Assembly (NCBI GenBank): GCA_046351315.1
Contig: JAXLYQ010000026.1
Span: 1,471 to 65,470 of the forward strand
From: Polyangiaceae bacterium
GTDB lineage: Bacteria > Myxococcota_A > Polyangia > Polyangiales > Polyangiaceae
Direction: 5' to 3'
Length of the DNA: 64,000 nucleotides
The translations under genes and the position numbers were made by a program. The first letter of the stretch is position 1; every line of letters begins with the position of its first letter. Positions 1 to 9,719 of the stretch are shown piece by piece. Below the pieces are notes generated by a model. The model worked only from the letters and a program-made list of their open reading frames with translations, did not search any database and was not told where the DNA came from.

Positions 1-485
1 AAAAGAAATGGAACGACATCGCCCGCGAACGTTCTCTCGACAAAACCACCAATGAGCGTGGTGGCGCGCTCGGTTTTCTTCAGGTCGATGGGCAATCCAA
101 CGAAGGTTCGGTCAAGGCAGACCCCGCGCTGTTCGCCGCCGCGAAGAAGGTCAAAGACGGTGAGCTTGTCTCTGAGCCCGTGAAAGAAGCGAAGGGTTTT
201 GGCGTGGTGTGGCGTCGGGGCACCATCCCGTCGGTGTCGCGCCCCTTCGAGCTCGAAGCGCCTCAAATCAAGCAAACCCTCGCCCGTCAGAAGAGCGAAG
301 GCGCAGTGAAAGCGCTGCTCGAAAAACTTCGAAAAGAGAACGTGTCCGAGGTCAACGAAGGGCTGCTTGGTCTCGTTGAAATCGCATCGAATGCCGAGGT
401 CGTGCCCGTTCAGCGAAAACCCGGCGCTCGACCCAAAGCCCCCGGAAAGCCTCAACCCATGGCTTCTCCACAAGGTTCTCGCTGA
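1..485 (+). CDS. PpiC/parvulin-type peptidyl-prolyl isomerase, C-terminal part (5' end lies outside the window)
   Basis: The 180..485 ORF frame stays open back to the window start. Translation ('GGALGFLQVDGQ...FAAAKKVKDGELVSEPVKEAKGFGVVWRRG') matches parvulin rotamase domain motifs. Confidence 0.55.
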   Translation, partial: KKWNDIARERSLDKTTNERGGALGFLQVDGQSNEGSVKADPALFAAAKKVKDGELVSEPVKEAKGFGVVWRRGTIPSVSRPFELEAPQIKQTLARQKSEGAVKALLEKLRKENVSEVNEGLLGLVEIASNAEVVPVQRKPGARPKAPGKPQPMASPQGSR

Positions 486-494
486 CCCTCGACC

Positions 495-1499
495 ATGCTA
501 GGCAGACTTACCTTGAGTTTTCGAACGACTTTTTCGCGTGGCTTGGGCTTGGCAGCAGCGCTGTCGATTCTGCAGATTGCGTCGACTGCTCGCGCCACGG
601 TTGTTGAGCGTGTTGTCGCGGTGATCGGTGAGCAGGCGATCTTCCTGTCTGACCTTCGTGCTCGCGCCAAACCTGCGTTGGTGCAGATTTACGAGCGGGT
701 TCCCGCTGGGCCGCAGCGAGCGGCGTTCGAGAGCCAAATGCTTCACGAGCTGCTCGATCGAATGGTCGATGAAAAGCTCGAGCAGGTGGCTGCGGATCGC
801 GCTCGTATCACCGTCACCACCGACGAGATCGACAAGGGCATTCGCAACATCGCTGAGCCTCAAAAGATCACCGTCGAAGAGTTGCTCCAAGAGGTACTTC
901 GCTCAGGCTTTTCGCTCGCTGAGTTTCGCGACGAGGTGCGCCGTCAAATCCTCGAGCAGAAGTTGATGTCTCTTCGAGTGAACCCTCGCGTGCGCATCTC
1001 GGCCGAAGACGTGCGTATCGGCTATCAACGACTTCAACGTGAAGAGCGTCGCCGTCTCGGTTTCCGTCTTCAATGGATCGTCATTCACATCCCGGGTGAT
1101 GCGAACGACGAAGTAAAAGAAGAGAAACGAAAGCTCGCCGAAGCCGTGGCGCTCGAAGCCAAAACAGGTGATTTCGCGGCACTCGCAGCGAAGTACTCGG
1201 ATGATGGCCCATCCAAGCGAAAGGGCGGAGATCTCGGCCCCGCCAAGCCAGGTGAGCTCGGGCAAATCCTCGATGAGGCAGCGTTCGGTCTCGATGTGGG
1301 CGAGGTCTCTGCACCCGTCAGTTACAAGGGCGATCTCGTGATCCTGCGCGTGGCAGAGCGCGACGCTGGCTCGTTGAAGTCGCTCTCTGAGGAGCAAGAG
1401 CGCGTGGCTCAAGAAGTGTTCGGTGAGCGTCGCGAAAAAGCCCGCCGTCAGTGGCTTGATGAAATCAAGCGCAGCGTCTACGTCGAGAACCGATTCTGA
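495..1499 (+). CDS. SurA-like periplasmic chaperone / PpiC-type peptidyl-prolyl isomerase
   Basis: 334 aa with an N-terminal signal peptide. It has a SurA-like N-terminal helical region and a C-terminal parvulin domain ('DFAALAAKYSDDGPSKRKGGDLG...VSAPVSYKGDLVIL'). Confidence 0.7.
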   Translation: MLGRLTLSFRTTFSRGLGLAAALSILQIASTARATVVERVVAVIGEQAIFLSDLRARAKPALVQIYERVPAGPQRAAFESQMLHELLDRMVDEKLEQVAADRARITVTTDEIDKGIRNIAEPQKITVEELLQEVLRSGFSLAEFRDEVRRQILEQKLMSLRVNPRVRISAEDVRIGYQRLQREERRRLGFRLQWIVIHIPGDANDEVKEEKRKLAEAVALEAKTGDFAALAAKYSDDGPSKRKGGDLGPAKPGELGQILDEAAFGLDVGEVSAPVSYKGDLVILRVAERDAGSLKSLSEEQERVAQEVFGERREKARRQWLDEIKRSVYVENRF

Positions 1500-1511
1500 G
1501 GTGAGGTCTGA

Positions 1512-2663
1512 ATGAACGAACCTGGCGAGCTGACGATCCGAACGATCTCTTCACTCGCCGAGGTCGACGCGTCGGCGTGGGATGCTCTCTCTACCGACGA
1601 GGATTCTCCGTTCGTCAAACACGCGTGGTTGATCTCGCTCGAAGATGCCGGGTGCTTGGGCCTCGAGCACGGCTGGATCTCGCAACACATCACCGTGTGG
1701 CGTGGCGATAGGCTCGTCGCTGCTTGCCCCGCATATCTCAAGCTGAACAGCGAGGGAGAGTTCGTCTTCGATCACGGATGGGCCAACGCCGCGGATCGAA
1801 TCGGCGTCGAGTATTACCCCAAGCTGATCGTGGCTGTGCCTTTCACGCCAGCGACCGGGGGGCGCTTGTTGGTGCGAGCTGACGAACGTCGAGACTTGCT
1901 CGCGCCGCTGTTGGCTGGGGCCATCCGTACGGTTGCCGACAAGCTCGAGCTATCGAGCGCTCATGTGCTGTTTGCGCTCGAACGTGATGTTGAGGTGCTC
2001 GAGAAGGCTGGGTACTCGATGCGCTTTGGTGTTCAAAATCACTGGCAAAATCGAGGGTACAAGACCTACGACGACTTCTTGGCGACCTTCAATTCGAAGC
2101 GGCGTCATCAGCTCAAACGAGAGCGCCGCGAGGTGATCCAGTCAGGGATCGAAACCACAACTCATCGAGGTGAAACGCTCACGGACGATGCGCTCGATGC
2201 AATGAACGTGTTCTACCTATCCTCGGTCGAACGCTTCAAACCGTGGACTCGTCAGTACGTGAATCGTAAGTTTTTTGGGCTGATTCGCGACCGTATGCCG
2301 AACACGCTCGAGGTCGTGATTGCGCGTGAGAAGGGGCAGCCCATCGCGGGAGCACTCAACGTGCTCGGTACGAACGGTGTGCTCTACGGGCGCTATTGGG
2401 GCGCCACCGAAGAGCGACCCTTTCTTCACTTTCACGTCTGTTATTACCACTCGATCGATGAGTGCATCGCTCGTGGTTTGAGCACGTTCGAACCGGGCGC
2501 AGGCGGCTCGCACAAAGTGCCGAGGGGCTTTCTTCCCAGCATCACTCGCTCGGCTCACTACATCGCGAATCTTCGTTTTCGGGGCATGATCGATCGCTTC
2601 CTTGAGGCCGAGCGCGAGGCTGTTCTCAAGCATGTTCAAGGTGACGAAGGCGACCCGGAATGA
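1512..2663 (+). CDS. FemAB/BioF2-like N-acyltransferase family protein (DUF482/COG3146-like)
   Basis: 383 aa. Motifs ('FVKHAWLISLEDAGC', 'AVPFTPATGGRLL', 'GVLYGRYWGA...ERPFLHFHVCYYHSIDECIARGLSTFEPGAGG') are typical of the GNAT-like peptidoglycan-bridge/BioF2-like acetyltransferase family. Confidence 0.55.
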   Translation: MNEPGELTIRTISSLAEVDASAWDALSTDEDSPFVKHAWLISLEDAGCLGLEHGWISQHITVWRGDRLVAACPAYLKLNSEGEFVFDHGWANAADRIGVEYYPKLIVAVPFTPATGGRLLVRADERRDLLAPLLAGAIRTVADKLELSSAHVLFALERDVEVLEKAGYSMRFGVQNHWQNRGYKTYDDFLATFNSKRRHQLKRERREVIQSGIETTTHRGETLTDDALDAMNVFYLSSVERFKPWTRQYVNRKFFGLIRDRMPNTLEVVIAREKGQPIAGALNVLGTNGVLYGRYWGATEERPFLHFHVCYYHSIDECIARGLSTFEPGAGGSHKVPRGFLPSITRSAHYIANLRFRGMIDRFLEAEREAVLKHVQGDEGDPE

Positions 2664-3469
2664 GCCTTGTGCCGTTGCGCTCGGGCCCTTCTTGGTTCGA
2701 GCGACATCGCTTGAAGATAGCGTTCTTTTTGCCTGTGATTCTTTTGCTCTACGCGGTGTCGATCGAGCCCGCGTGGATCGAAACGACTCACCATCGCGTG
2801 ACTTTGGGTTTGAAGAAACCGATCAAGCTTGCGCACCTCACCGACCTCCACACGAAAGAGCTCGGGCGCCGAGAAGAGCGACTACTTGCGTTGCTCGAAC
2901 AAGAAGCTCCAGATGCAATCGTCATCACGGGAGATTCGGTTCACGGCGACGGCTCGTTCGAAGATGCGGCGAGGGTGATCGCCAAGATGCATGCTCCGCT
3001 CGGCGTGTGGATCACCCCGGGCAATTGGGAAGGCTGGATCCCGAACGGCCGTCGCTTCGATGTGCTGCGACGGACGGGGGCGCACGTGTTGGTGAACGAG
3101 GTCGGTGCGATCCGTGAAGACCTGTGGTTGATGGGCCTTGATGATCTGCTTTCGGGTCAACCAAAGACCGATGGGCTCGCGAATCGGGCGCCGAAAGAAG
3201 CTCACTTGATCGCGTTGGTTCACGAGCCTGTATTGTTCGAGAGACTCGCTGGGGTCGTGCCTCTGGTGTTGGCGGGTCACACACACGGCGGGCAAGCGCG
3301 TCTGCCCTTTCTACCACCGCTGTGGTTGCCCCCAGGGTCAGGCGACTATGTCGAGGGGTGGTTCGAAGCGAAGGGCTCGAAGATGTACGTCAGTCGAGGC
3401 ATCGGAAATTCACTCCTCGAAATTCGCTTCAACTGTCGCCCTGAGCTGGCGATAGTCAACGTTGAATAA
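2660..3469 (+). CDS. calcineurin-like metallophosphoesterase (YkuE-like, membrane-anchored)
   Basis: N-terminal TM helix. Phosphoesterase motifs 'HLTDLH', 'ITGDSVHGDG', 'GNWE', 'LAGHTHGGQ'. Its start overlaps the upstream stop by 4 bp. Confidence 0.75.
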   Translation: MSLVPLRSGPSWFERHRLKIAFFLPVILLLYAVSIEPAWIETTHHRVTLGLKKPIKLAHLTDLHTKELGRREERLLALLEQEAPDAIVITGDSVHGDGSFEDAARVIAKMHAPLGVWITPGNWEGWIPNGRRFDVLRRTGAHVLVNEVGAIREDLWLMGLDDLLSGQPKTDGLANRAPKEAHLIALVHEPVLFERLAGVVPLVLAGHTHGGQARLPFLPPLWLPPGSGDYVEGWFEAKGSKMYVSRGIGNSLLEIRFNCRPELAIVNVE

Positions 3470-4067
3470 CGATGCGGACACGTCTCGAAACATGAAGCGT
3501 CGAGCTCTTTCTCTTGGTTGGCTCGTAGCGGCGGTGTTGCTGCTCGGGGCGTGTAAATCCGTCGATATCTCGGCGGCCGATACCTCGTCGTTTGTCGTGC
3601 GCGAGTCGATCTCGTTCGTTGGGTATCTGTACTTCGCGGTCATGGGTGTCTTTGCGCTCGCGCTGTCGTTGATCTCGCTTCAGCAGACGCTCGAGTTCGT
3701 TCGCAAGCGCGCAACGAAGACGTGGGGAGATCTCGTGGCAGCACTGTTCATCGGGCTCATTGCGGCGGTGTTCTGTGTGCCGCAAATGCGCGAGGCCGTG
3801 AGTACGACCGAGCTGGCTTTTTCAGGCACGAATCTCGAGGTCTCGTGTGCTCGTCGCATCTTCTTTCTTCGACGCCGCAACTGGACGTTGAAGCTCGATC
3901 AGGTGACTCGTATCTCGTTCTCGACGCCATCGACCTCGAACGCATCGTTTGAGGTGCTCAGCGCATCGGGTCGGTTTTGCAAAGTCGAATCGTTTGCTGC
4001 GACCACCGAGCAACAGCGCGTGATCCGTGGCATCTGCGAAAAAGAGCTCGGCGAACGTTGTCGCTAA
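3462..4067 (+). CDS. hypothetical membrane (lipo)protein
   Basis: Possible start at 3492 (MKRRALSLGWLVAAVLLLGAC, lipobox-like). Two further hydrophobic helices; no recognisable domain. Confidence 0.4.
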   Translation: MNNDADTSRNMKRRALSLGWLVAAVLLLGACKSVDISAADTSSFVVRESISFVGYLYFAVMGVFALALSLISLQQTLEFVRKRATKTWGDLVAALFIGLIAAVFCVPQMREAVSTTELAFSGTNLEVSCARRIFFLRRRNWTLKLDQVTRISFSTPSTSNASFEVLSASGRFCKVESFAATTEQQRVIRGICEKELGERCR

Positions 4068-4101
4068 GCTCACACACGACGCTCGTAAAAACTGGTCGTG
4101 C

Positions 4102-5091
4102 TCAGCGATTTTTGCCTCGTTTTCGCGTAGGGCCGACATAGTGGGTCGGGTCGCGCAGAGGTGCGGCACTTGCTTCGAGAGCCTTGCGCACGCGTGTGAT
4201 GTCCTCACCGTGGCGACGCGCGCCGGGCATTGCTGCGAGGTTGCTCTCGACGACAGCTCGCATGGGTGGCTCGGTGGTCGCAGCCCATCGCTCGAGCAGG
4301 TCGAACGCTGGGGTTGCAAAGCGTGTCGAGAGCATCGAGGGCCCTTGTGAGAGGGCGTCGATCAGCGCTTTGTATCCGGGGTAGCGAACGGATGAACGAG
4401 GTGCGTCTCGAGCCAACACGAACGCTTCATCAAGGCGCGCCACTGCCTGCGTGGACTCTTTTACTGTCTCGAGAAAGCTTGGGATCGCGAGCAACCGAAT
4501 CACGACAGAGGCCTGGAAAAAATGCTCGATTGTCCAGCCGGCCAGGTCTGCGAGAAGTGTGGTTGAGCGAGGCCCAATCCGCAGCAATGCGAACACGACA
4601 GCGTCTCTGACGCGAAAGCGCAGATCGTCGGCGAGGTCGTGCAGCAGCGAGAGCATCTTCGCGTGTTGCTTCCTGTCCTGGGCCACCGTGGCGGCTCGTG
4701 CGCCGATCGCATGGACTGCACACACCGGGACAAACTCGTACTCGGTGTCGCCTCGGGCCACGTCGGCATCGAGCGTCGCCATGGTTCTCAAGAGCGCGTC
4801 GATTTTGGCGCCATGTGCAAGAGCTGCTTGGACAAACTCTTCGAGCATCGGCTCGTTGTGCCGCGCCCCAGGGAGCCCTGAATTTCGAGCGAGCAACGTG
4901 AACAGTGGTGTCGTGTTGCCAGCGATCGCCTTCGTCAGTGCAAGCTCGAGCGCTTCGCGACGATCGGTCGGCCCTGCAACGGGCGGAAGTGCTTGGATCG
5001 GCGCATTGCGAGGAGTGGCTGTCGCTGCCTTCGGAGCAGGGGTTGCAGCGGGCAGCGACGTGGGTTGAGTGGAGCGAGTTCGCGGTGGCAC
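4102..5091 (-). CDS. HEAT-repeat protein, DNA alkylation-repair-enzyme-like
   Basis: 329 aa. Amphipathic helical repeats resemble the AlkD/DNA alkylation repair enzyme family; weak assignment. Confidence 0.35.
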   Translation of the reverse strand: MPPRTRSTQPTSLPAATPAPKAATATPRNAPIQALPPVAGPTDRREALELALTKAIAGNTTPLFTLLARNSGLPGARHNEPMLEEFVQAALAHGAKIDALLRTMATLDADVARGDTEYEFVPVCAVHAIGARAATVAQDRKQHAKMLSLLHDLADDLRFRVRDAVVFALLRIGPRSTTLLADLAGWTIEHFFQASVVIRLLAIPSFLETVKESTQAVARLDEAFVLARDAPRSSVRYPGYKALIDALSQGPSMLSTRFATPAFDLLERWAATTEPPMRAVVESNLAAMPGARRHGEDITRVRKALEASAAPLRDPTHYVGPTRKRGKNR

Positions 5092-5133
5092 GGCGCCCGA
5101 ATCAAGGCACCTGCAACCTGATTAGTCCAGCGC

Positions 5134-6859
5134 TTATGCGGCGCGTTCGAGCTGTCGGAAGAGCTCGGACAGCTCGGGACGTTGCCTCAACGGAGCGCAG
5201 AAACGTGTCGCGTACGCCAGCAATTCGGCTTCAGCGGCTTCAGCGCGGTGGTTGAGCTCGATGACGTTTTGTTCTTGAGCGCGCTTCTCTTCTTCGACGC
5301 CGTGCTCGAACACCGACATCGCTGAGCGAAGCTCTTTGACCTGAAATTCGAGATCGACGACAGCCTTCTCTCGCTCGTCGCGAAGAGTCAGCGCTTGCTT
5401 CTCTTCAACTCGAATCGTCAGCCATTCGTCGATCAGATCCGCCACCGAGCGATAGGCTTCACTGAGGTCTCGGTAGGGCTCCTGGAAGCCTGAGCGACCC
5501 TCCCAGAACACCACGTTTTTATGCGCCTGTTTGACCTTGGCGATCATCTCGGTGGCTCGTGCCGAGACTTCGCGAGCCGTCTCTTGTGCGGCACGGGCTG
5601 CGTCGCGCGCTGCGGATGCATCGAGACCGAGGGAGTCCATCGCAAAACCAAATCGCTGGCGACCATCGCGTTCTTTGGCCTCGAGCGCTTCGAGTGAGCG
5701 TTGCTCGACCATGCTGGTCTTTCGAAGCTCGGCAATGGCGCGAACGAGCTGTCGAATCTGCTCGAGCTGTTGCACCAGATCGGGCGGAGGTTGCGCTCCG
5801 AATGCTTGGCGAAGCATCTCGTCGAACACCGCGGTTCGTCGTGCCCACGCATCCAGCGCTGCAGGGGGCAGCGTCGGTGCGGGCAGTCGTTGGCTCTGCG
5901 GAGCGATGGTCGGATCCGACGGCGGAATGATGCCGAGCGCGCCGCAAAGGGCCATCAGATCGTTGTGAACGCGGTGAGCGTCGACAGGTCGCTTGCTCAC
6001 CTCTTTCGCCAAGAGTTGATCGATCAACACCTCGAGTGCTTCGGGCGCATTGGGCGCTCGCGTTCGAAGCTTCGGGGGCGCCTCTTTCATGTGCTTCACG
6101 AAGAAGCTCGGGATGTCGGGAGCATCGAACGGAAGCGTGCCCGTCATCATCTCGAAGTAGATGATCCCCAGTGAATACAGGTCTGCTGGAGGCCCCGCAT
6201 CGATGCTCGTGATGCGCTCGGGAGCCATGTACTGCGGAGTGCCGAACACTTCGCCCACACCGGTGAGACGAGAGTCTTGCATCGACCTCGCGATACCGAA
6301 GTCGAGCAGCTTCACGAGATCTCCACCCTCGGTGTCGATGCCTATGAAAATATTGTCGGGCTTCAGATCGCGATGAACGACCTCGAAGTCGTGTGCGCGA
6401 GCGAGTGCTCTCGCCATCTGCACCATGATCCCCAAGGCTCGTTCAATCGGCACGGGGCCACGCGCGATGAGGTCGCACAGCGGCTCGCCGTGGAGCAGCT
6501 CCATCACGATGAACGAGGTGCCGTCCTCGGTGTCGCCGTGATCGAAGATCTCGATGATATTCGGGTGCGCGAGCTTCTGAGCCGCCTTGGCTTCTCGACG
6601 AAAACGCTCGCGCACGACTTTGTCGCGAGCAAAGGCGATGGGCTCATGATTTTTTCACGGCGCACGGTCGATCGACGAGCTTGTGTCTCGCTCGGTACAC
6701 CGTGGCCATTGCCTTCCCAAGCACCTCTTCGATGAAGTATTTGCCCGCGATGGTTGTCCCGATTCGGGGGTCCCGCATCGGCAGCAACGCCGTGCCGTCA
6801 ATGAAGCACGCGCTGCTGTCGTTCGGAAACCGAAGCTGGCACTTGGGGCAGATCTTCAT
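5134..6859 (-). CDS. Ser/Thr protein kinase (N-terminal zinc-ribbon-like motif, kinase domain, C-terminal coiled-coil); reading frame broken by an indel in a T6/A6 run at 6650-6655
   Basis: ORF 6644..6859 encodes 'CPKC...' plus the Gly-loop and Lys ('KYFIEEVLGKAMATVYRARHKLVDRPCAVK'). ORF 5134..6615 continues in another frame with 'VVRERFRREAKAAQKLAHPNII', 'HRDLKPDNIF', 'DFGIA', 'GTPQYMAPE'. Removing one A from the A6 run restores a continuous kinase. Confidence 0.8.
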
Positions 6860-6988
6860 TCGCGCCGAATCGGCACTCTACGAGCCTCGTGCGAGCCAGC
6901 GCAAGCACGGGAAGCATCGAGCATCAACGATACGTGCTTCGCCAAATTCACGTTGTCGTTGTGCGAGTGCCAGTGAGGAGAGTTTTTC

Positions 6989-9025
6989 CTATTGCTTGCT
7001 CGAGGCGATGAGTGTGCGCTTGATGTTACGAGGCTCGGTTTGCCCTGGCGGCGGTGAGTCACAGCTCACCCAGTACACATCGAACGAGACGATTCGATCG
7101 TTGGCGGGGCGACCCTCGAGGCGTTGCCAGCTCAGGATGTATTTCTTCAAATCCTCGCGATAGCCTTTGTTGCCGTCGAAGTGGATCTTCAGGAAGTAGT
7201 CGCAGAATAGCTGGCTCTGAAACCAAGGCCCGTGCAGTGGGGCATCGAGGTCGGGGGCTTTGCCCGTCAGAGGGTCGATGTGTTGACCGTTGGCCATGAC
7301 CGCATCGACCACCACCGTACCGTCATCACGGGGAGCATGAGCAAACATGCTCCAGCCCTGCAAAAGCCTTGGGTACAGCACGAGTGGTGCGAGCGCGGCT
7401 GGCGGGCCGTTTCGAAGAGCATCGGGGATCTTTCCTCGAAGCCACCAGTTGTCGTGAGCGATCTGCGAGAGCATCAGAAAGAAGAAGAAGCCAGCGGCTC
7501 CTTCGCGAAGACCCGACCGAACGCCAACCCACGATTTCATCATCGGAGAAGGCTCAGGCAGCAGATCGAACGCGCGCTTGCTTTCGCTTTCAGAGACACC
7601 CGGCTCGAGCGTGTAGACCTCGCTCAGGTGAGCGCGGCGAAGCAATGCCACACGCAGCAACGGCTTGATGAGAAAGCTACCGAAGAGCCCGGCGAGCACG
7701 GTGCCCATCGGCGTGCTGCGAAGCGCGTCGACGATGCCATCGGTGCCCGTGTGCCACTTTCCAGACGAATCGAGCGTCGCAAAAACGGCGTCGGGTTGAT
7801 CCGTCAATGACTCAGTGGCTGTTGCGTCGTTTCGATCCACGAACGTCAAGAGCTCGAAGGTGTCGAGGCGGGCGAGAATCCGGGCAACGGCATGAAGACC
7901 TGGGTCGGTCGGTTCGTACACAACGGTGCGAGCGGTCTTGCCTTTACGAAGAAAGCGCGCTCCGCCGTCGAGCCAGACGGCCGGGATCATCAGGCAATTC
8001 AGCCCGATCATCACGTACGAAAATGGCCCGAGGGTCATGAGCATCGCGATGCTTCCGTGCAGGCCAATGAACGCCAGCACGTGCATCGATCGGATGTACC
8101 GATACCCAAACGGGAAGAACAGGAAGAGCGGTGCGCCGCCTTCGATGATGAGCGTCACCCAGCAAAGCAGCGGCGAGAGCCACGATGGCTCGTGCATACG
8201 GACGAGCGAGCAGAGCGTCGTGGCGATACGGTTTTGCCAGAGCACCCAGTGAATGGTCTCGCCTTGGCGCCAAGCAATGTCGGTCTTTTGAACGCAGTTG
8301 AAGAAGTAGATCACCGAGAGCTGCGTCAGCAATCCGAGCATGATCAGACTGATGTGCGGCGAGCCGTCTGGAGTGATCGCCGAACGATCGTTGAGCGCCG
8401 AGGCTTTGTGCTCTCGACGTGCGCGAAGGCTCTTGAGCAACGCGTCGACACTGAAGCGATCTCCGAGCGGCAAGAACATCGTCCAGGCCGCAACGATGAC
8501 GACGGTGACGCAGCCGCCATTCTCGACGAATAGGTTTCGAGAGTTGAGGCTCGACGCAAGGATCACTGCGAGGATCTGCGTGATCTTCGTGCGGTACCCG
8601 ACGATGTAAAAGACGTAGACCAAGGCCGTCAGCAAGAAGGCCGTGACGACTTCGGGCTTGGTCGAAAACGCCGTGTAAATCGAGAACATCGGCTTCGCCA
8701 TCGGCGCGTAGAGGGCGAAGTGGTTCGGCAGGATACCCTCGTTCGTGTAGAAGAACGTTACGTCGGGCAGGCGCCTGAGAACGTCGATCAACAGAAGAAA
8801 GCCGAAGTAGATCCTGAAGAGACCGAGCAGCCTGCGATCCATCGAGAAGTAGCGCTCTCGAAAGAAGGGCCAGATCCCGCCAGACGAGCCAGTTTGAGCC
8901 GAAGGGCTCGACGTGCTCGGCGCGGCGGTGGTGGGCTCGGCATCGGGGGCAGATACCGGTACACGAGGGTCAGCTTCACCCCCAGGCGACTTGTTTTCGT
9001 CGCTATTTTCAAGCTCGGAAGCCAT
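6989..9025 (-). CDS. HTTM-domain (vitamin-K-dependent gamma-carboxylase-like) polytopic membrane protein with C-terminal soluble domain
   Basis: 678 aa. A low-complexity N-terminus is followed by 'RLLGLFRIYFGFLLLIDVL...' and multiple TM helices typical of HTTM. The roughly 250-aa C-terminus is non-membrane. Confidence 0.5.
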   Translation of the reverse strand: MASELENSDENKSPGGEADPRVPVSAPDAEPTTAAPSTSSPSAQTGSSGGIWPFFRERYFSMDRRLLGLFRIYFGFLLLIDVLRRLPDVTFFYTNEGILPNHFALYAPMAKPMFSIYTAFSTKPEVVTAFLLTALVYVFYIVGYRTKITQILAVILASSLNSRNLFVENGGCVTVVIVAAWTMFLPLGDRFSVDALLKSLRARREHKASALNDRSAITPDGSPHISLIMLGLLTQLSVIYFFNCVQKTDIAWRQGETIHWVLWQNRIATTLCSLVRMHEPSWLSPLLCWVTLIIEGGAPLFLFFPFGYRYIRSMHVLAFIGLHGSIAMLMTLGPFSYVMIGLNCLMIPAVWLDGGARFLRKGKTARTVVYEPTDPGLHAVARILARLDTFELLTFVDRNDATATESLTDQPDAVFATLDSSGKWHTGTDGIVDALRSTPMGTVLAGLFGSFLIKPLLRVALLRRAHLSEVYTLEPGVSESESKRAFDLLPEPSPMMKSWVGVRSGLREGAAGFFFFLMLSQIAHDNWWLRGKIPDALRNGPPAALAPLVLYPRLLQGWSMFAHAPRDDGTVVVDAVMANGQHIDPLTGKAPDLDAPLHGPWFQSQLFCDYFLKIHFDGNKGYREDLKKYILSWQRLEGRPANDRIVSFDVYWVSCDSPPPGQTEPRNIKRTLIASSKQ

Positions 9026-9143
9026 GCGTGGATGCGCTTCGTGCCGTGGATCGAATGGTAAAGCAAGCGTCTTACGATCCGCGACGCAGAGCGAAATTCT
9101 CCGCTACGGGAACCTCGGCTCCGATGTGCTATGGGGGGCCGTC

Positions 9144-9389
9144 ATGACCACCAGCAAGTTGAACCCGTGGCTTACGGATGTTCGAGTTCGTGAGCGCAAC
9201 ATCAAGAAGGGCCTTCTCGACCCGAAAGAGCTCGAGAAATATCTGCACGCACTGCCCGATGTCGCAGAGAGCTGCGAGCTGGTGTCCGAGCCACAACCTG
9301 CGTTGGCTGGGGTTCCTGAGCCCGAGCTGGCAGACGACGAAGACGACGATGATGCGTCGGAAGGCTCCGACGCAGCAGATGAGGCATGA
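9144..9389 (+). CDS. small acidic hypothetical protein
   Basis: 81 aa, 'MTTSKLNPWLTDVRVRERNIKKGLLDPKELEKYL...' with an acidic C-terminal tail. It lies in the same orientation just upstream of the DUF1844 gene. The antisense 307-aa ORF is rejected. Confidence 0.4.
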   Translation: MTTSKLNPWLTDVRVRERNIKKGLLDPKELEKYLHALPDVAESCELVSEPQPALAGVPEPELADDEDDDDASEGSDAADEA

Positions 9390-9407
9390 GCTGAGCGAGC
9401 GCCCCAA

Positions 9408-9713
9408 ATGAGCAAGCCCAACTCGCCCAATTCGTCTGGCGCGCCGTCTGACGAGCACCCAGATCTTTCACACATCACGTTCGGGATCTTTGTCGCGTCC
9501 CTGCGTGATTCGGCATTGGTCGATTTGGGGCAGGCCCCGCATTCAGACGGCACGATCTCGAAGAATCTGCCCCTTGCGAGGCAAACTCTCGACATCCTTG
9601 CCTTGCTTGAAGAGAAAACACACGGCAATCTGACGGGGCCCGAGGAACACCTCCTCACCCAAGTGCTTCTCGACCTCCGAGAGAGGCTAGAAGAGGCATC
9701 GCGAACAGGCTGA
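9408..9713 (+). CDS. DUF1844 domain protein
   Basis: 101 aa. 'FGIFVASLRDSALVDLGQAPHSDGTISKNLPLARQTLDILALLEEKTHGNLTGPEE' matches the DUF1844 pattern common in myxobacteria. Confidence 0.6.
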   Translation: MSKPNSPNSSGAPSDEHPDLSHITFGIFVASLRDSALVDLGQAPHSDGTISKNLPLARQTLDILALLEEKTHGNLTGPEEHLLTQVLLDLRERLEEASRTG

Positions 9714-9719
9714 ACGCGC

